Below, in pieces: positions 29,388 to 38,896 of a DNA stretch of 64,000 bases. Origin of the DNA: Spirochaetia bacterium (lineage in GTDB: Bacteria; Spirochaetota; Spirochaetia; UBA9216); the NCBI GenBank assembly GCA_963677925.2, contig CAXXYH010000003.1, positions 2,141,823-2,205,822 on the forward strand. The letters are read 5' to 3'. Every line of letters starts with the position of its first letter. The first letter of the stretch is position 1. The notes below the pieces were generated by a model. That model had not been told where the DNA came from, made no database searches, and saw nothing but the letters and a program-made list of their open reading frames with translations. The translations under genes and the position numbers were made by a program.

Positions 29388-30167
29388 ATGTCCGATATAG
29401 ATACAATCAAACTACTGCTAAAAAAATTTTCTGATGAAAGCAGCATGAATACTCTGCCGGAATTTGAAGACATGGCAATCTATGAAGCACCGGTTGTTGC
29501 TGTCGCATCTGCAACTGATCCGCTTTATTTTGAACTGCAGAAGCCGGATGTAATTTCACCCGAACACATGCTTCCGCAGGATTGGCTGCCCGGCGCAAAA
29601 TCAGTAATTTCATATTTTCTGCCATTTTCTGAACCCATCAGAAGATCCAACATGGAGACTGACTATTTTCCTTCTGTTGAATGGACATACGGAAGATATG
29701 AGGGTGAGGCCTTTAATAATGCAGTCAGAAAATATCTTGCCGATTATATCATAAGCACGGGAGCAAAAGCCGTTTCCCCGGCGCTGGATCCCCGATACAA
29801 GGTAAAAGGATACACAAGTTCATGGTCTGAGCGTCACACAGCATTTATAGCGGGATTAGGGACATTCAACCTTTCAAAATCACTGATAACCGAAAAAGGC
29901 TGCGCGGGAAGGTTCGGCAGTGTAATAACAGATCTTGATCTCACTCCGACAGAACGCCCATATACTGATTTATATGAATACTGCAACGCATGCCATGCCT
30001 GTATTGACAGATGCCCTGTTCACGCAATAAGTCCGGAAGGCAAAAATCATCCCCCCTGCCATAAATTTCAGGATGAGATGATGATTAAATTTACACCACG
30101 ATACGGATGCGGGAAATGCCAGACCGGAGTACCCTGTGAATACGGGATTCCTTCAGCCGGCGCCTGA
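29388..30167 (+). CDS. epoxyqueuosine reductase-like 4Fe-4S protein
   Basis: WSERH.A..AGLG, GRFGSVITD, CxxCxxCxxxCP and CGKCQxxxPC. Confidence 0.8.
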   Translation: MSDIDTIKLLLKKFSDESSMNTLPEFEDMAIYEAPVVAVASATDPLYFELQKPDVISPEHMLPQDWLPGAKSVISYFLPFSEPIRRSNMETDYFPSVEWTYGRYEGEAFNNAVRKYLADYIISTGAKAVSPALDPRYKVKGYTSSWSERHTAFIAGLGTFNLSKSLITEKGCAGRFGSVITDLDLTPTERPYTDLYEYCNACHACIDRCPVHAISPEGKNHPPCHKFQDEMMIKFTPRYGCGKCQTGVPCEYGIPSAGA

Positions 30168-30170
30168 ACT

Positions 30171-31220
30171 CTAGGTATTTAAACGATTAACTTTATCAGC
30201 ATACATTCTCTGGTCGGCAAGGCTGATAATCTCTTCCGCAGTACATGTGCCGTCATATTCAGAAAGACCGAAACTGAAAGAAACCGGAAACCGGGTGTCT
30301 CTGGATTCGGCGCATAAACGGATATCTGACATTATCGAATTACTTTCTTCCATACTGCAGCCCGGAAAAATGATAATGAACTCATCACCCCCGTACCTGA
30401 AGAATGTATCGGCTCTTCTAATCCGTTCTCGTACGATATCAGCCATATCGCGAATAAGCACATCACCGGCATCATGCCCGTAGCGGTCATTGACTTCTTT
30501 AAGGCCGTTAATATCTATGAAACAGATAGACAGTTCCGTCTTTGCCCTGACAGCTATATCAATATTCTGTTCAAGCAGCCGCATCCCGCCCCTCCTGTTG
30601 AAACATCCGGTGAGAATATCGTTGTTTGCATAGTATTCAATTTCTGCACGCAGCTTGAAATTTTCACGGCCCAGCCTGTATCTGATGAAAGCCACATACG
30701 GAAAGCCTGCATAACATAGCAGCAGGAGGGTTCCTCCGTTTTCGAGATAAATATGAAAGGGGAATTTACCAATCAGAAGAATCAAAACCGTATAGGAAAC
30801 AACTGCGGTAGACGATAAGAGAATCCAGCCCTTCGGTGTTATGATTACAAGCGAAACAAGAACAAAACCGAAAACTATCATCAGACTTGTTGCCTGTATC
30901 ACTCCCGTTATATCTGATTTTGCAGTAAGCATATATGCAGCAATAAAAGCTACCGGAATGCCGTAAAGCAGAACCATCACTTCGCTGCTGATAATTTTAA
31001 ATTTAAATACAATATAACAACCGAACCCTCCAAGGGTTATAAGAAGTCTGGCCAGCATGATTCCCTCTGAATAATCATTCAGGTAGTAATCTGATATCAG
31101 GAGCCCTGAAGCTACAATCAGAACGCTTAAAAACATCAGATTATTTCTTCGATCACTTATTTTCCTGAAATGCTCAAGCCAGAGATATTTGCTTTTAGGC
31201 AGATATTCATTTTTCTCCAT
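30171..31220 (-). CDS. membrane diguanylate cyclase
   Basis: Multiple TMs, intact GGDEF with RxxD I-site (RRADTFFRYGGDEF). Confidence 0.92.
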   Translation of the reverse strand: MEKNEYLPKSKYLWLEHFRKISDRRNNLMFLSVLIVASGLLISDYYLNDYSEGIMLARLLITLGGFGCYIVFKFKIISSEVMVLLYGIPVAFIAAYMLTAKSDITGVIQATSLMIVFGFVLVSLVIITPKGWILLSSTAVVSYTVLILLIGKFPFHIYLENGGTLLLLCYAGFPYVAFIRYRLGRENFKLRAEIEYYANNDILTGCFNRRGGMRLLEQNIDIAVRAKTELSICFIDINGLKEVNDRYGHDAGDVLIRDMADIVRERIRRADTFFRYGGDEFIIIFPGCSMEESNSIMSDIRLCAESRDTRFPVSFSFGLSEYDGTCTAEEIISLADQRMYADKVNRLNT

Positions 31221-31305
31221 ATTCTAAATGTTATCAAAAAATCATGAAGAATCAACTCAATTCTATACCCTTAAACCATCAGACTGTTTCTGATATATTA
31301 ATCAA

Positions 31306-33135
31306 ATGCCTGACTCAGCCGTTAACAAACAGAACAGCACCTCTGCTTTAAAACTTCTAAAAACCGTCTTCGGATACAAAACATTCAGGGAGAATCAGGA
31401 AGAGGTAATATCAGCCATTGTTTCGGGAAGGGATGTTTTCACCTCAATGCCCACAGGAGGCGGAAAAAGTCTCTGCTACCAGATTCCGGGACTGATGTTT
31501 GAGGGTCTGACTGTAGTAATAAGTCCGCTGATAGCGCTTATGAAAGACCAGGTTGATGAAGCAATTGAAAAAGGAATTCCTGCAGCTTTTTTAAACAGCA
31601 CGCTGGAGGCTGAGGAAATTTCTGAAATATACTCCAGACTGTACCGGAATGAAATAAAACTTCTCTACCTGTCTCCGGAAAGGCTTGCAGTAGACGGCTA
31701 TATAGAAAGGCTTCATAACTTCAATGTCTCATTTTTTGCGATTGATGAGGCCCACTGCCTTTCCGAGTGGGGACATGATTTCAGACCCGACTACCTTTTT
31801 CTCTCAAAGCTCAGAAAGAATTTTCCCGGAATCCCGATTGCTGCATTTACGGCAACCGCCACCCAAAAAGTTCAGCATGACATCATACGTATACTGAAAC
31901 TTAAGAAACCGCTTGTAGTCAGAGCCTCATTCGACAGAAAGGAGCTGTACTATCATGTCAGCCGAAAAACAGAGATCCTGTCGCAGATTACATCCTATAT
32001 AAAAAATCATTCGGATGAGTCGGGTATTGTTTACAGAATCAGCCGGAAGGATGTCGAAAAGACAGCCGAACATCTCAAGAAAAAGGGAATTAAAGCCCTT
32101 CACTACCATGCCGGACTATCAAGGGAAGAGAGAACCAGAAACCAGGATCTGTTCAACAACGATCAGGTTGATGTAATTGTAGCGACCACGGCCTTCGGGA
32201 TGGGTATTAATAAAAACAATATCCGTTTTGTAATTCACGGAGACCTGCCCAAAAGCATGGAGGGCTATTACCAGGAAACCGGAAGGGCCGGGAGGGACGG
32301 ACTTGATTCAAACTGCATTCTTTTCTTCGGAACCGGAGATATTGTAAAGCAGCAGTACTTTATTGATCAGATTGGCGATCCGAAGGAACAGGAAAAAAGC
32401 AGGAACAATCTTAACAGCCTGGTGCAGTACGCAACAGTAAACGTATGCCGCCGCAAACAGCTTCTTGAATACTTCAACGAGGCCCATGACGGCAACTGCA
32501 AAAACTGCGACGTCTGCAACGATGCAACCGAGAAAACCGACGCTACCGTTGACGCACAGAAAATACTTTCCGCAATCGCAAGAGTTAACGAAAGCTTCGG
32601 CATAAATCATATAATTGATATTATCCGGGGTGCGGATACCGAAAAAATCCGGAGTAAGAATCATCAGGAACTTAAGACTTTCGGAGCAGGAAAGGATAAA
32701 AGCAAAACATGGTGGCGGAGCATAATCAATGAGCTGCTTGGCCAGCAGGTAATCTACCAGGACAGCAGCAGGTACAACATACTGCGGATGAATGAGTCCG
32801 CCCGTGAAATACTTTTCGGAAGACAAACCTTCTTCATCAGTGAGACATCAGCCTCAAAGGCTCCGGAAGAGCTTTCCAGAGAAACACTGATTGAAAGGCA
32901 CGGCTTTAAGGACAAGGCCCTGTTCACCCTGCTTAAAGAAAAACGGACTGAAATTGCCAGGGAACACATGGTTCCGCCCTACATTATATTCTCGGACAAA
33001 ACCCTGACCGATATGGCTTTAATCAAACCGCGCAATAACGAGGAGTTTCTGCTTGTCTCAGGCGTCGGTGAAAAAAAGATGGAAGCCTACGGCTCTACCT
33101 TCATTGAGGTGATTAACGGGTACCTGGAGGAATAA
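31306..33135 (+). CDS. recQ: DNA helicase RecQ
   Basis: PTGGGKS, DEAHC..WGHDFRP, QETGRAGRDG, Zn-binding Cys, RQC and HRDC (PPYIIFSD). Confidence 0.96.
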   Translation: MPDSAVNKQNSTSALKLLKTVFGYKTFRENQEEVISAIVSGRDVFTSMPTGGGKSLCYQIPGLMFEGLTVVISPLIALMKDQVDEAIEKGIPAAFLNSTLEAEEISEIYSRLYRNEIKLLYLSPERLAVDGYIERLHNFNVSFFAIDEAHCLSEWGHDFRPDYLFLSKLRKNFPGIPIAAFTATATQKVQHDIIRILKLKKPLVVRASFDRKELYYHVSRKTEILSQITSYIKNHSDESGIVYRISRKDVEKTAEHLKKKGIKALHYHAGLSREERTRNQDLFNNDQVDVIVATTAFGMGINKNNIRFVIHGDLPKSMEGYYQETGRAGRDGLDSNCILFFGTGDIVKQQYFIDQIGDPKEQEKSRNNLNSLVQYATVNVCRRKQLLEYFNEAHDGNCKNCDVCNDATEKTDATVDAQKILSAIARVNESFGINHIIDIIRGADTEKIRSKNHQELKTFGAGKDKSKTWWRSIINELLGQQVIYQDSSRYNILRMNESAREILFGRQTFFISETSASKAPEELSRETLIERHGFKDKALFTLLKEKRTEIAREHMVPPYIIFSDKTLTDMALIKPRNNEEFLLVSGVGEKKMEAYGSTFIEVINGYLEE

Positions 33136-33136
33136 T

Positions 33137-33730
33137 TCAGCTGTTTAGCCTGCTTAAGAGTTCGAGCGACCTTAGAACTGATGATTTTTCCGTTTCTTCC
33201 AGGTCTCCGGAATATGATTTGTAGATATTCAGTCCGCTGTTTCTGTATTTTTCTAGAACAGCTTTCCCCTCTTCCGATGCATTAATAAGCTTTGAACGTC
33301 TGTCATCCGGATTATCCTTCTCTTCAATCCATCCTGATTTTTTCAGTCTGTTCACAACCTCAATACCCGATGACATCTCCATATTATTCGCCGATATAAG
33401 CTGAGATTTCGTCATATCTCCGTGTTCATTTAGAACAAAGAGAAATTGAAAATCCATAAAGGATGAAAACGGAGTTTCTGATACAAAGTGATTCTGCTCC
33501 TTCTTTAGAAGGTTTGCCAGATTTGCCAGATGCATACCGATAAGGATATCGGTCATCTCAGCTCCTTCATGCGCACCGGCCTCAGTCCGCTCAGTATTCG
33601 AGTTTATCATCCATCTTGAAAATTCAAGAATCATATCATCATTATCATCAGAAGGATTTTCTGTCTGCTCCAGATACTTTTCAAGATACAGCAGAATTTC
33701 TCTGGCATATTCAAGTTTTTTGTCGTTCAT
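33137..33730 (-). CDS. MarR family transcriptional regulator with N-terminal extension
   Basis: SSGIEVVNRL...DDRRSK wHTH. Confidence 0.85.
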   Translation of the reverse strand: MNDKKLEYAREILLYLEKYLEQTENPSDDNDDMILEFSRWMINSNTERTEAGAHEGAEMTDILIGMHLANLANLLKKEQNHFVSETPFSSFMDFQFLFVLNEHGDMTKSQLISANNMEMSSGIEVVNRLKKSGWIEEKDNPDDRRSKLINASEEGKAVLEKYRNSGLNIYKSYSGDLEETEKSSVLRSLELLSRLNS

Positions 33731-33736
33731 GGGTAA

Positions 33737-33821
33737 ATATTACTGCTATTAAGCATTAAATACAAGTATTTATATTGACAATAGCAGTATAAATACTTAC
33801 TTTTAGTTCTATAAAGCAGTA
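33737..33821. promoter_or_regulatory. divergent promoters with MarR-type operators
   Basis: Plus strand TTGACA (33775)-17-TACTTT; minus strand TTGTAT-17-TAATAT; TACTGCT-N4-AGCAGTA-like sites at 33741 and 33804; 11-bp inverted repeat AAGTATTTATA/TATAAATACTT at 33764-33798. Confidence 0.6.
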
Positions 33822-33838
33822 TTAGGAGTTATATTAGT

Positions 33839-34858
33839 ATGAAAAAGAAGCTTATTAAAAAGATCTTAATGATCATCGCAATTGTAATTGCCACCCTTGC
33901 CGCGGCAGCGGTAGTAGTCCCACTGGTTATTACACCTCAGCCTCTTGAAGGACTGAGCTCTGCAGAAAAAGCAGGAAAACCTGACAGCAGGTTCATTAAT
34001 ATTCCGTTTGATGGAACCGACGGCATCCGGATTCATTATATTGATAGGGGCCAGTCCGGTCCGGACGGGCCCATTTTTATCCTGCTGCACGGATCAATGT
34101 ATAACCTCTACAGCTGGGACAGGGTGCAGGATGATTTTGCGGCAAGGGGGCGAACCATAGCCTATGATCAGGCCCCCTACGGTTTGAGTGAAAAACTGCT
34201 GGAAGGAGACTGGAGCGGCGAAAACCCGTATACCCAGAAAGCGGCTGTTGAGCAGCTTATAGGTTTTCTTGACGCACTGGGACTCCAGCAGGTCTACCTT
34301 GTAGGCTCATCATACGGCGGAACACTTGCAGTCCGGGCCGCGGCGGAATATAAAGAAAGGGTTGCCGGACTTATTCTCATCGACCCGGCGGTATTCGTCA
34401 GCGAATCGATGCCGGGCTGGCTGGTTAACAGTACCCAGCTGAATAATGTCGGCCCTCTGTTTGCCCGCTCCATGGGTTCAGGAACCTCATTTTACAGAAA
34501 CTGTTATTATGACCAGGAAGTTTTTACCGGAAGCAGGAAGTCCGACAGCATGATCATGACAGAGGTCATGAACTGGGATTTTGCACTCTGGCAGTACCTT
34601 AAAGCATGGTCAGAGGTATCATTTGATTTTGAAAGGAGTATTCCGGAAATCAGTATTCCTGCTCTGATTGTTTCAGGCGCTGAGGATAAAGTTGTACCCG
34701 CCAAAGATTTTCAAAAACTTGATGATCTGCTTCCTGACTCTAAACTTCATATCATCCCCGGAACCGGGCACATGCCGCATGAAGAAACTCCGGACAAGGT
34801 GCTGGATATTATCCTCCCCTGGATAGACAGCATCACCGGCGGACGGGTATCCAGGTGA
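33839..34858 (+). CDS. N-anchored alpha/beta hydrolase
   Basis: LLHG, GSSYGG nucleophile elbow, GAEDKVVP, GHMPHEE. Confidence 0.9.
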   Translation: MKKKLIKKILMIIAIVIATLAAAAVVVPLVITPQPLEGLSSAEKAGKPDSRFINIPFDGTDGIRIHYIDRGQSGPDGPIFILLHGSMYNLYSWDRVQDDFAARGRTIAYDQAPYGLSEKLLEGDWSGENPYTQKAAVEQLIGFLDALGLQQVYLVGSSYGGTLAVRAAAEYKERVAGLILIDPAVFVSESMPGWLVNSTQLNNVGPLFARSMGSGTSFYRNCYYDQEVFTGSRKSDSMIMTEVMNWDFALWQYLKAWSEVSFDFERSIPEISIPALIVSGAEDKVVPAKDFQKLDDLLPDSKLHIIPGTGHMPHEETPDKVLDIILPWIDSITGGRVSR

Positions 34859-34956
34859 GCGGAACTTTCGCCCTCCTGAAGCTGTCTTCCCGACGCGTAC
34901 ATGTTTGAAGCAGAGTCATGCTTTCATTATCAGCTATGAAATGCTACATTGAACAC

Positions 34957-35433
34957 ATGATTAACGTAATATTCGTATGTATGGGAAATATCTGCAGAAG
35001 CCCCTCCGGTGAAGGAGTTTTCAAGTCTCTTGTAAAAGAAGCCGGTCTTGAAAAAGAATTCAGCATTGACTCTGCCGGGACAACAGCCTACCACACCGGT
35101 GAACCAGCCGATGCCCGTATGCGCAAACATGCCGCTAAACGCAATATCCAGCTGACCTCCAGAGCCAGGCAGTTCCAGTTTCCTGATTTCAGTAATTTTG
35201 ACTACATCATAGCCATGGACTCCGACAACTACAACGATATTCTGCGTATGGACAGAACGGGTGAGTTCAGGGAAAAGGTCCATATGATGAATGACTTCTC
35301 CAGAGACTACAAGGGTACCGATGTCCCCGATCCCTACTACGGCGGTTCCGCCGGTTTTGAGCGTGTACTCGATATGCTTGAGGACAGCTGCAGCGGATTG
35401 CTTGCACAGCTGAGGTCGGAGCATGGCATTTAG
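34957..35433 (+). CDS. low-molecular-weight protein-tyrosine phosphatase
   Basis: VCMGNICRS P-loop, DPYY; start MINVIF. Confidence 0.94.
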   Translation: MINVIFVCMGNICRSPSGEGVFKSLVKEAGLEKEFSIDSAGTTAYHTGEPADARMRKHAAKRNIQLTSRARQFQFPDFSNFDYIIAMDSDNYNDILRMDRTGEFREKVHMMNDFSRDYKGTDVPDPYYGGSAGFERVLDMLEDSCSGLLAQLRSEHGI

Positions 35434-36277
35434 CGGTCAGCCTGATTTCAGCTCAGTCCTTTCAGAAAAGGTCCTGGATGCCGTCCCGGTGTCCGGCGGT
35501 GATATCGGAAGTAGCTACAGGGTAAAAACAGAAAAAAGCGATTATTTCATCAAACGCTACAGCAGCTCCGGGCTCCCGGGAATGGAAGCTGCCGGTATCA
35601 ATGCTATGGCTGCGACGAAGACAATCAGCGTCCCGGAAGTTATCAGCTTTGATGATCACTCTCTTGTTCTGAAGTTCATTAAGCAGGCAGGGCGATGCAG
35701 CGACTTCCAGACTCTACTGGGACGCGGCCTGGCAGCAATGCACCGGGTATCAGCAGAACAGACAGAACACAGAGAGGTCAAAGGCTTCGGATTTAATAAA
35801 GATAACTATATCGGAACTACGCCGCAGAAAAATACAGCCTGTGATAACTGGACTGATTTTCTCATTGAAAACCGCCTCGGATATCAGATAAGGCTTGCTG
35901 CAGACAGTGCGCTAACAAGCGCCTGGAACAGGCTGTCCGGTAAAATACCCCAGCTCCTTGCAGGAACTGAAGAACCTCCCTGCCTTATTCACGGCGATCT
36001 CTGGGGCGGAAATGTAATTAGCGGTGAGGACAGCAAGCCGGTCATCATTGACCCAGCAGCGTATTACGGCCACAGGGAGATGGAACTCGGAATGACGCGT
36101 CTGTTCGGGGGCTTCAATTCAGAATTCTACATGGCATATGACTCTGTTTATCCGCTGAAGCCCGGCTGGGAAAAACGCATAAACCTATACATCCTGTATC
36201 ACGTCTTAAACCATTACAATATGTTCGGCGGCGGCTACCGTTCACAAGCCTTGAACCTGATTAACAGCTATCTATAA
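35423..36277 (+). CDS. fructosamine/ribulosamine kinase family protein
   Basis: SGGDI, LIHGDLWGGN, IDPAAYYGHREMEL, LNHYNMFG. Confidence 0.93.
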   Translation: MAFSGQPDFSSVLSEKVLDAVPVSGGDIGSSYRVKTEKSDYFIKRYSSSGLPGMEAAGINAMAATKTISVPEVISFDDHSLVLKFIKQAGRCSDFQTLLGRGLAAMHRVSAEQTEHREVKGFGFNKDNYIGTTPQKNTACDNWTDFLIENRLGYQIRLAADSALTSAWNRLSGKIPQLLAGTEEPPCLIHGDLWGGNVISGEDSKPVIIDPAAYYGHREMELGMTRLFGGFNSEFYMAYDSVYPLKPGWEKRINLYILYHVLNHYNMFGGGYRSQALNLINSYL

Positions 36278-36373
36278 TTAAACCATTTATCTCATTCATA
36301 AAGTTGAAAACAGACATCTTATCGATTAGCATTTCTAATGTAATAATTCGGTATAGAGGATGCAGACATCAGG

Positions 36374-38896
36374 ATGATTTCCAGACTATTCATCAAACTT
36401 TTTTTAATTCTCACCGGCGTTCTGCTCTTATATGCCCTCTCAATACTGCTTATCATCACTCCGAAGGTTCAGGAACAGACTGTAAGCCTTGAAGAACGGA
36501 ACGGAAAGGTAGAACTGGAGAAAATTGTCCTGCTTGTAGACAATTTCGGGAAAAATATGGAGCAGTACAGGGAAATAACCCTCAGCGCCCACAAGGCTGA
36601 ATTAAAAAACCTTGCTGATGTTGCGGAAACCCTTGTCTATGATATCTATAGATCATCTACACCGGAACAGGTTTCACAGGAATTAAAAAGCAAGGCTGAA
36701 GAATTTGTCAAACTTCTTGAGCTTCAGTACAAAAGGGAATCTGTACAGTCCGGCAGAAATGCTGCAATTGCAGAATGCATCAGTATAATCAACGATTACC
36801 GTTTCAATAACGGTGCCGGTTACTTTTACGCTCTCTATGATGATACAAGGGTGATAACGCATCCGATAATCCCGGAAATGATTGGCAAACATTACACTGA
36901 ACTTAAGGGAATGGACGGTAAGCCTATAGAGGACATTCCCCTGCTTGTAAACAAATCGCTGACCGAAGGAGAGGCCTTTATAACCTATGACTGGCCGAAT
37001 CCTGTAAGCGGAAACATTGAAACAAAGCTTGTATACGGCATAAAATTTGAACCGCTTAACTGGGTAATCGTAACGGGAGTATATCTTCCGGATGTTGTCC
37101 GCAACAGACAGAAGATGGCACTTGCTAATATCAACAGCCTGACATACGGAAACGATGACTACTATTTTATTACTGATTTTAATTCTGTGTTTCTTTCACA
37201 TCCATATCTTACGGGGCAGGATTTCTCAGAGGAGGTGGATATCAGGGGCAACCTGATAGTTCCCAACGCTGTTAATAACGCTTTGAAAAACGGAGACGGC
37301 TATACATCATACTGGTGGAGAAAGAATACTGAGGATGACACGCAGTACGAGAAACTGCTGTATTCAAGGGTTTTCGTTCCATGGAGCTGGGTCATCAGTA
37401 CCGGAGTTTATATCGATGAGATTGATGATGAAATTAATATCAGGTATCAGCAGCTCAAAGACCTTCTTGATAATATCATAAAGGATTTCAGAATAGGTAA
37501 AGACGGATACATCTTCATCTTTGATAAATACGGAAATATCATACTTCATCCGGATCCGGAACTATCAGGACAGAATATAAAGGATAATTTAAACCCGGGA
37601 AAGGAAACCACCCTCTTCAACGATCTTATTGAAGCCTATGAAAACGGAAATAGAAAACTCCTGTATAAATGGGAAAAAATTGACAACAGCAAAAGCGCTT
37701 TGTTTGATAAGATTGCCTGGATTGATTTTAATCCTTATTTCGAATGGTATATCTGCTCCTCTGTCTATATTGACGAGCTCTACGAATCCTCTTATTCAAT
37801 CCGTAATTATATTATTCTGATCACAGTGGTAATCATTGCCGCAGGTTTTATTTCAGGATTCATATCCTTCAACAGACTGCTTCTGCCGGTCACCAAACTT
37901 GCCGCTATAGCAAAACAAATTAAAGAAGGGAACTTCAGTATAAGAAGCGGTATAGACAGAAACGATGAACTTGGGCTTCTGGCAAAAGCCTTTGATGAGA
38001 TGCTTGATAAGGTTATGGAAGATGTGAATCTGCTGGATCAAAAAGTCAACGACAAAACAAAGGAACTTTCGCTGATAAATAACGAACTTGTTTTTATTAT
38101 TGATGAACTGAAAAAAACACAGGAGCAGTTAGTAGAAAGTGAAAAGATGTCAGCACTCGGAGGACTTGTTGCGGGAGTGGCCCACGAGGTCAATACGCCT
38201 GTGGGAATGGCCCTTACCGGGATAACCCATATTCTGGATGAAGAAAAAATCATTCTAAAAAAGTATGAAATCGGCGAAATGACCGAAGACGATTTCACCG
38301 ATTTCCTCAGCCTGACCAGAGAGCTCGGCAAATCTATTGAATTCAACCTCAACCGGGCTGCGAACCTTGTCCGGAGCTTTAAACAGGTTGCAGTTGATCA
38401 GTCAAGTGAAGAAATCAGAGTTTTCAATCTCAAAGATTATACAGAAGAAATACTGACCAGCATTCATAATAAAATAAAAAAAACAAAGCATACTATTGAA
38501 ATAAACACCGATCCGGACATTAAAGTAAGAAGCTACCCGGGAGCACTCTCACAGATAATCACAAACCTTATCTTCAATTCACTAATTCACGGCTTTGATG
38601 AAAGCACTGCAGGCCTTATTACGATTAACATGCAGAAGAAAGAAGATGAAATTGAATTAATATATCAGGACAATGGAAAGGGAATATCTGAAGAAAATCT
38701 TAAAAAGATTTTCAATCCCTTCTTTACTACAAACCGCGACCATGGAGGTTCCGGACTTGGGATGAACATTATATATAATCTTGTAACCTCTAAGCTTCAT
38801 GGAAAAATCAGATGTGAAAGCAAGGAAAGAAACGGTGTTACGTTTACCATAACTTTTCCAGCGGAATTGAAAGAAAAAGGAGCCGGCAATGAGTGA
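36374..38896 (+). CDS. multi-Cache sensor histidine kinase
   Basis: Repeated Cache units (YFY..HP...W.I.TGVY), HAMP, SEKMSALGGLVAGVAHEVNTP, GSGLG. Confidence 0.92.
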   Translation: MISRLFIKLFLILTGVLLLYALSILLIITPKVQEQTVSLEERNGKVELEKIVLLVDNFGKNMEQYREITLSAHKAELKNLADVAETLVYDIYRSSTPEQVSQELKSKAEEFVKLLELQYKRESVQSGRNAAIAECISIINDYRFNNGAGYFYALYDDTRVITHPIIPEMIGKHYTELKGMDGKPIEDIPLLVNKSLTEGEAFITYDWPNPVSGNIETKLVYGIKFEPLNWVIVTGVYLPDVVRNRQKMALANINSLTYGNDDYYFITDFNSVFLSHPYLTGQDFSEEVDIRGNLIVPNAVNNALKNGDGYTSYWWRKNTEDDTQYEKLLYSRVFVPWSWVISTGVYIDEIDDEINIRYQQLKDLLDNIIKDFRIGKDGYIFIFDKYGNIILHPDPELSGQNIKDNLNPGKETTLFNDLIEAYENGNRKLLYKWEKIDNSKSALFDKIAWIDFNPYFEWYICSSVYIDELYESSYSIRNYIILITVVIIAAGFISGFISFNRLLLPVTKLAAIAKQIKEGNFSIRSGIDRNDELGLLAKAFDEMLDKVMEDVNLLDQKVNDKTKELSLINNELVFIIDELKKTQEQLVESEKMSALGGLVAGVAHEVNTPVGMALTGITHILDEEKIILKKYEIGEMTEDDFTDFLSLTRELGKSIEFNLNRAANLVRSFKQVAVDQSSEEIRVFNLKDYTEEILTSIHNKIKKTKHTIEINTDPDIKVRSYPGALSQIITNLIFNSLIHGFDESTAGLITINMQKKEDEIELIYQDNGKGISEENLKKIFNPFFTTNRDHGGSGLGMNIIYNLVTSKLHGKIRCESKERNGVTFTITFPAELKEKGAGNE

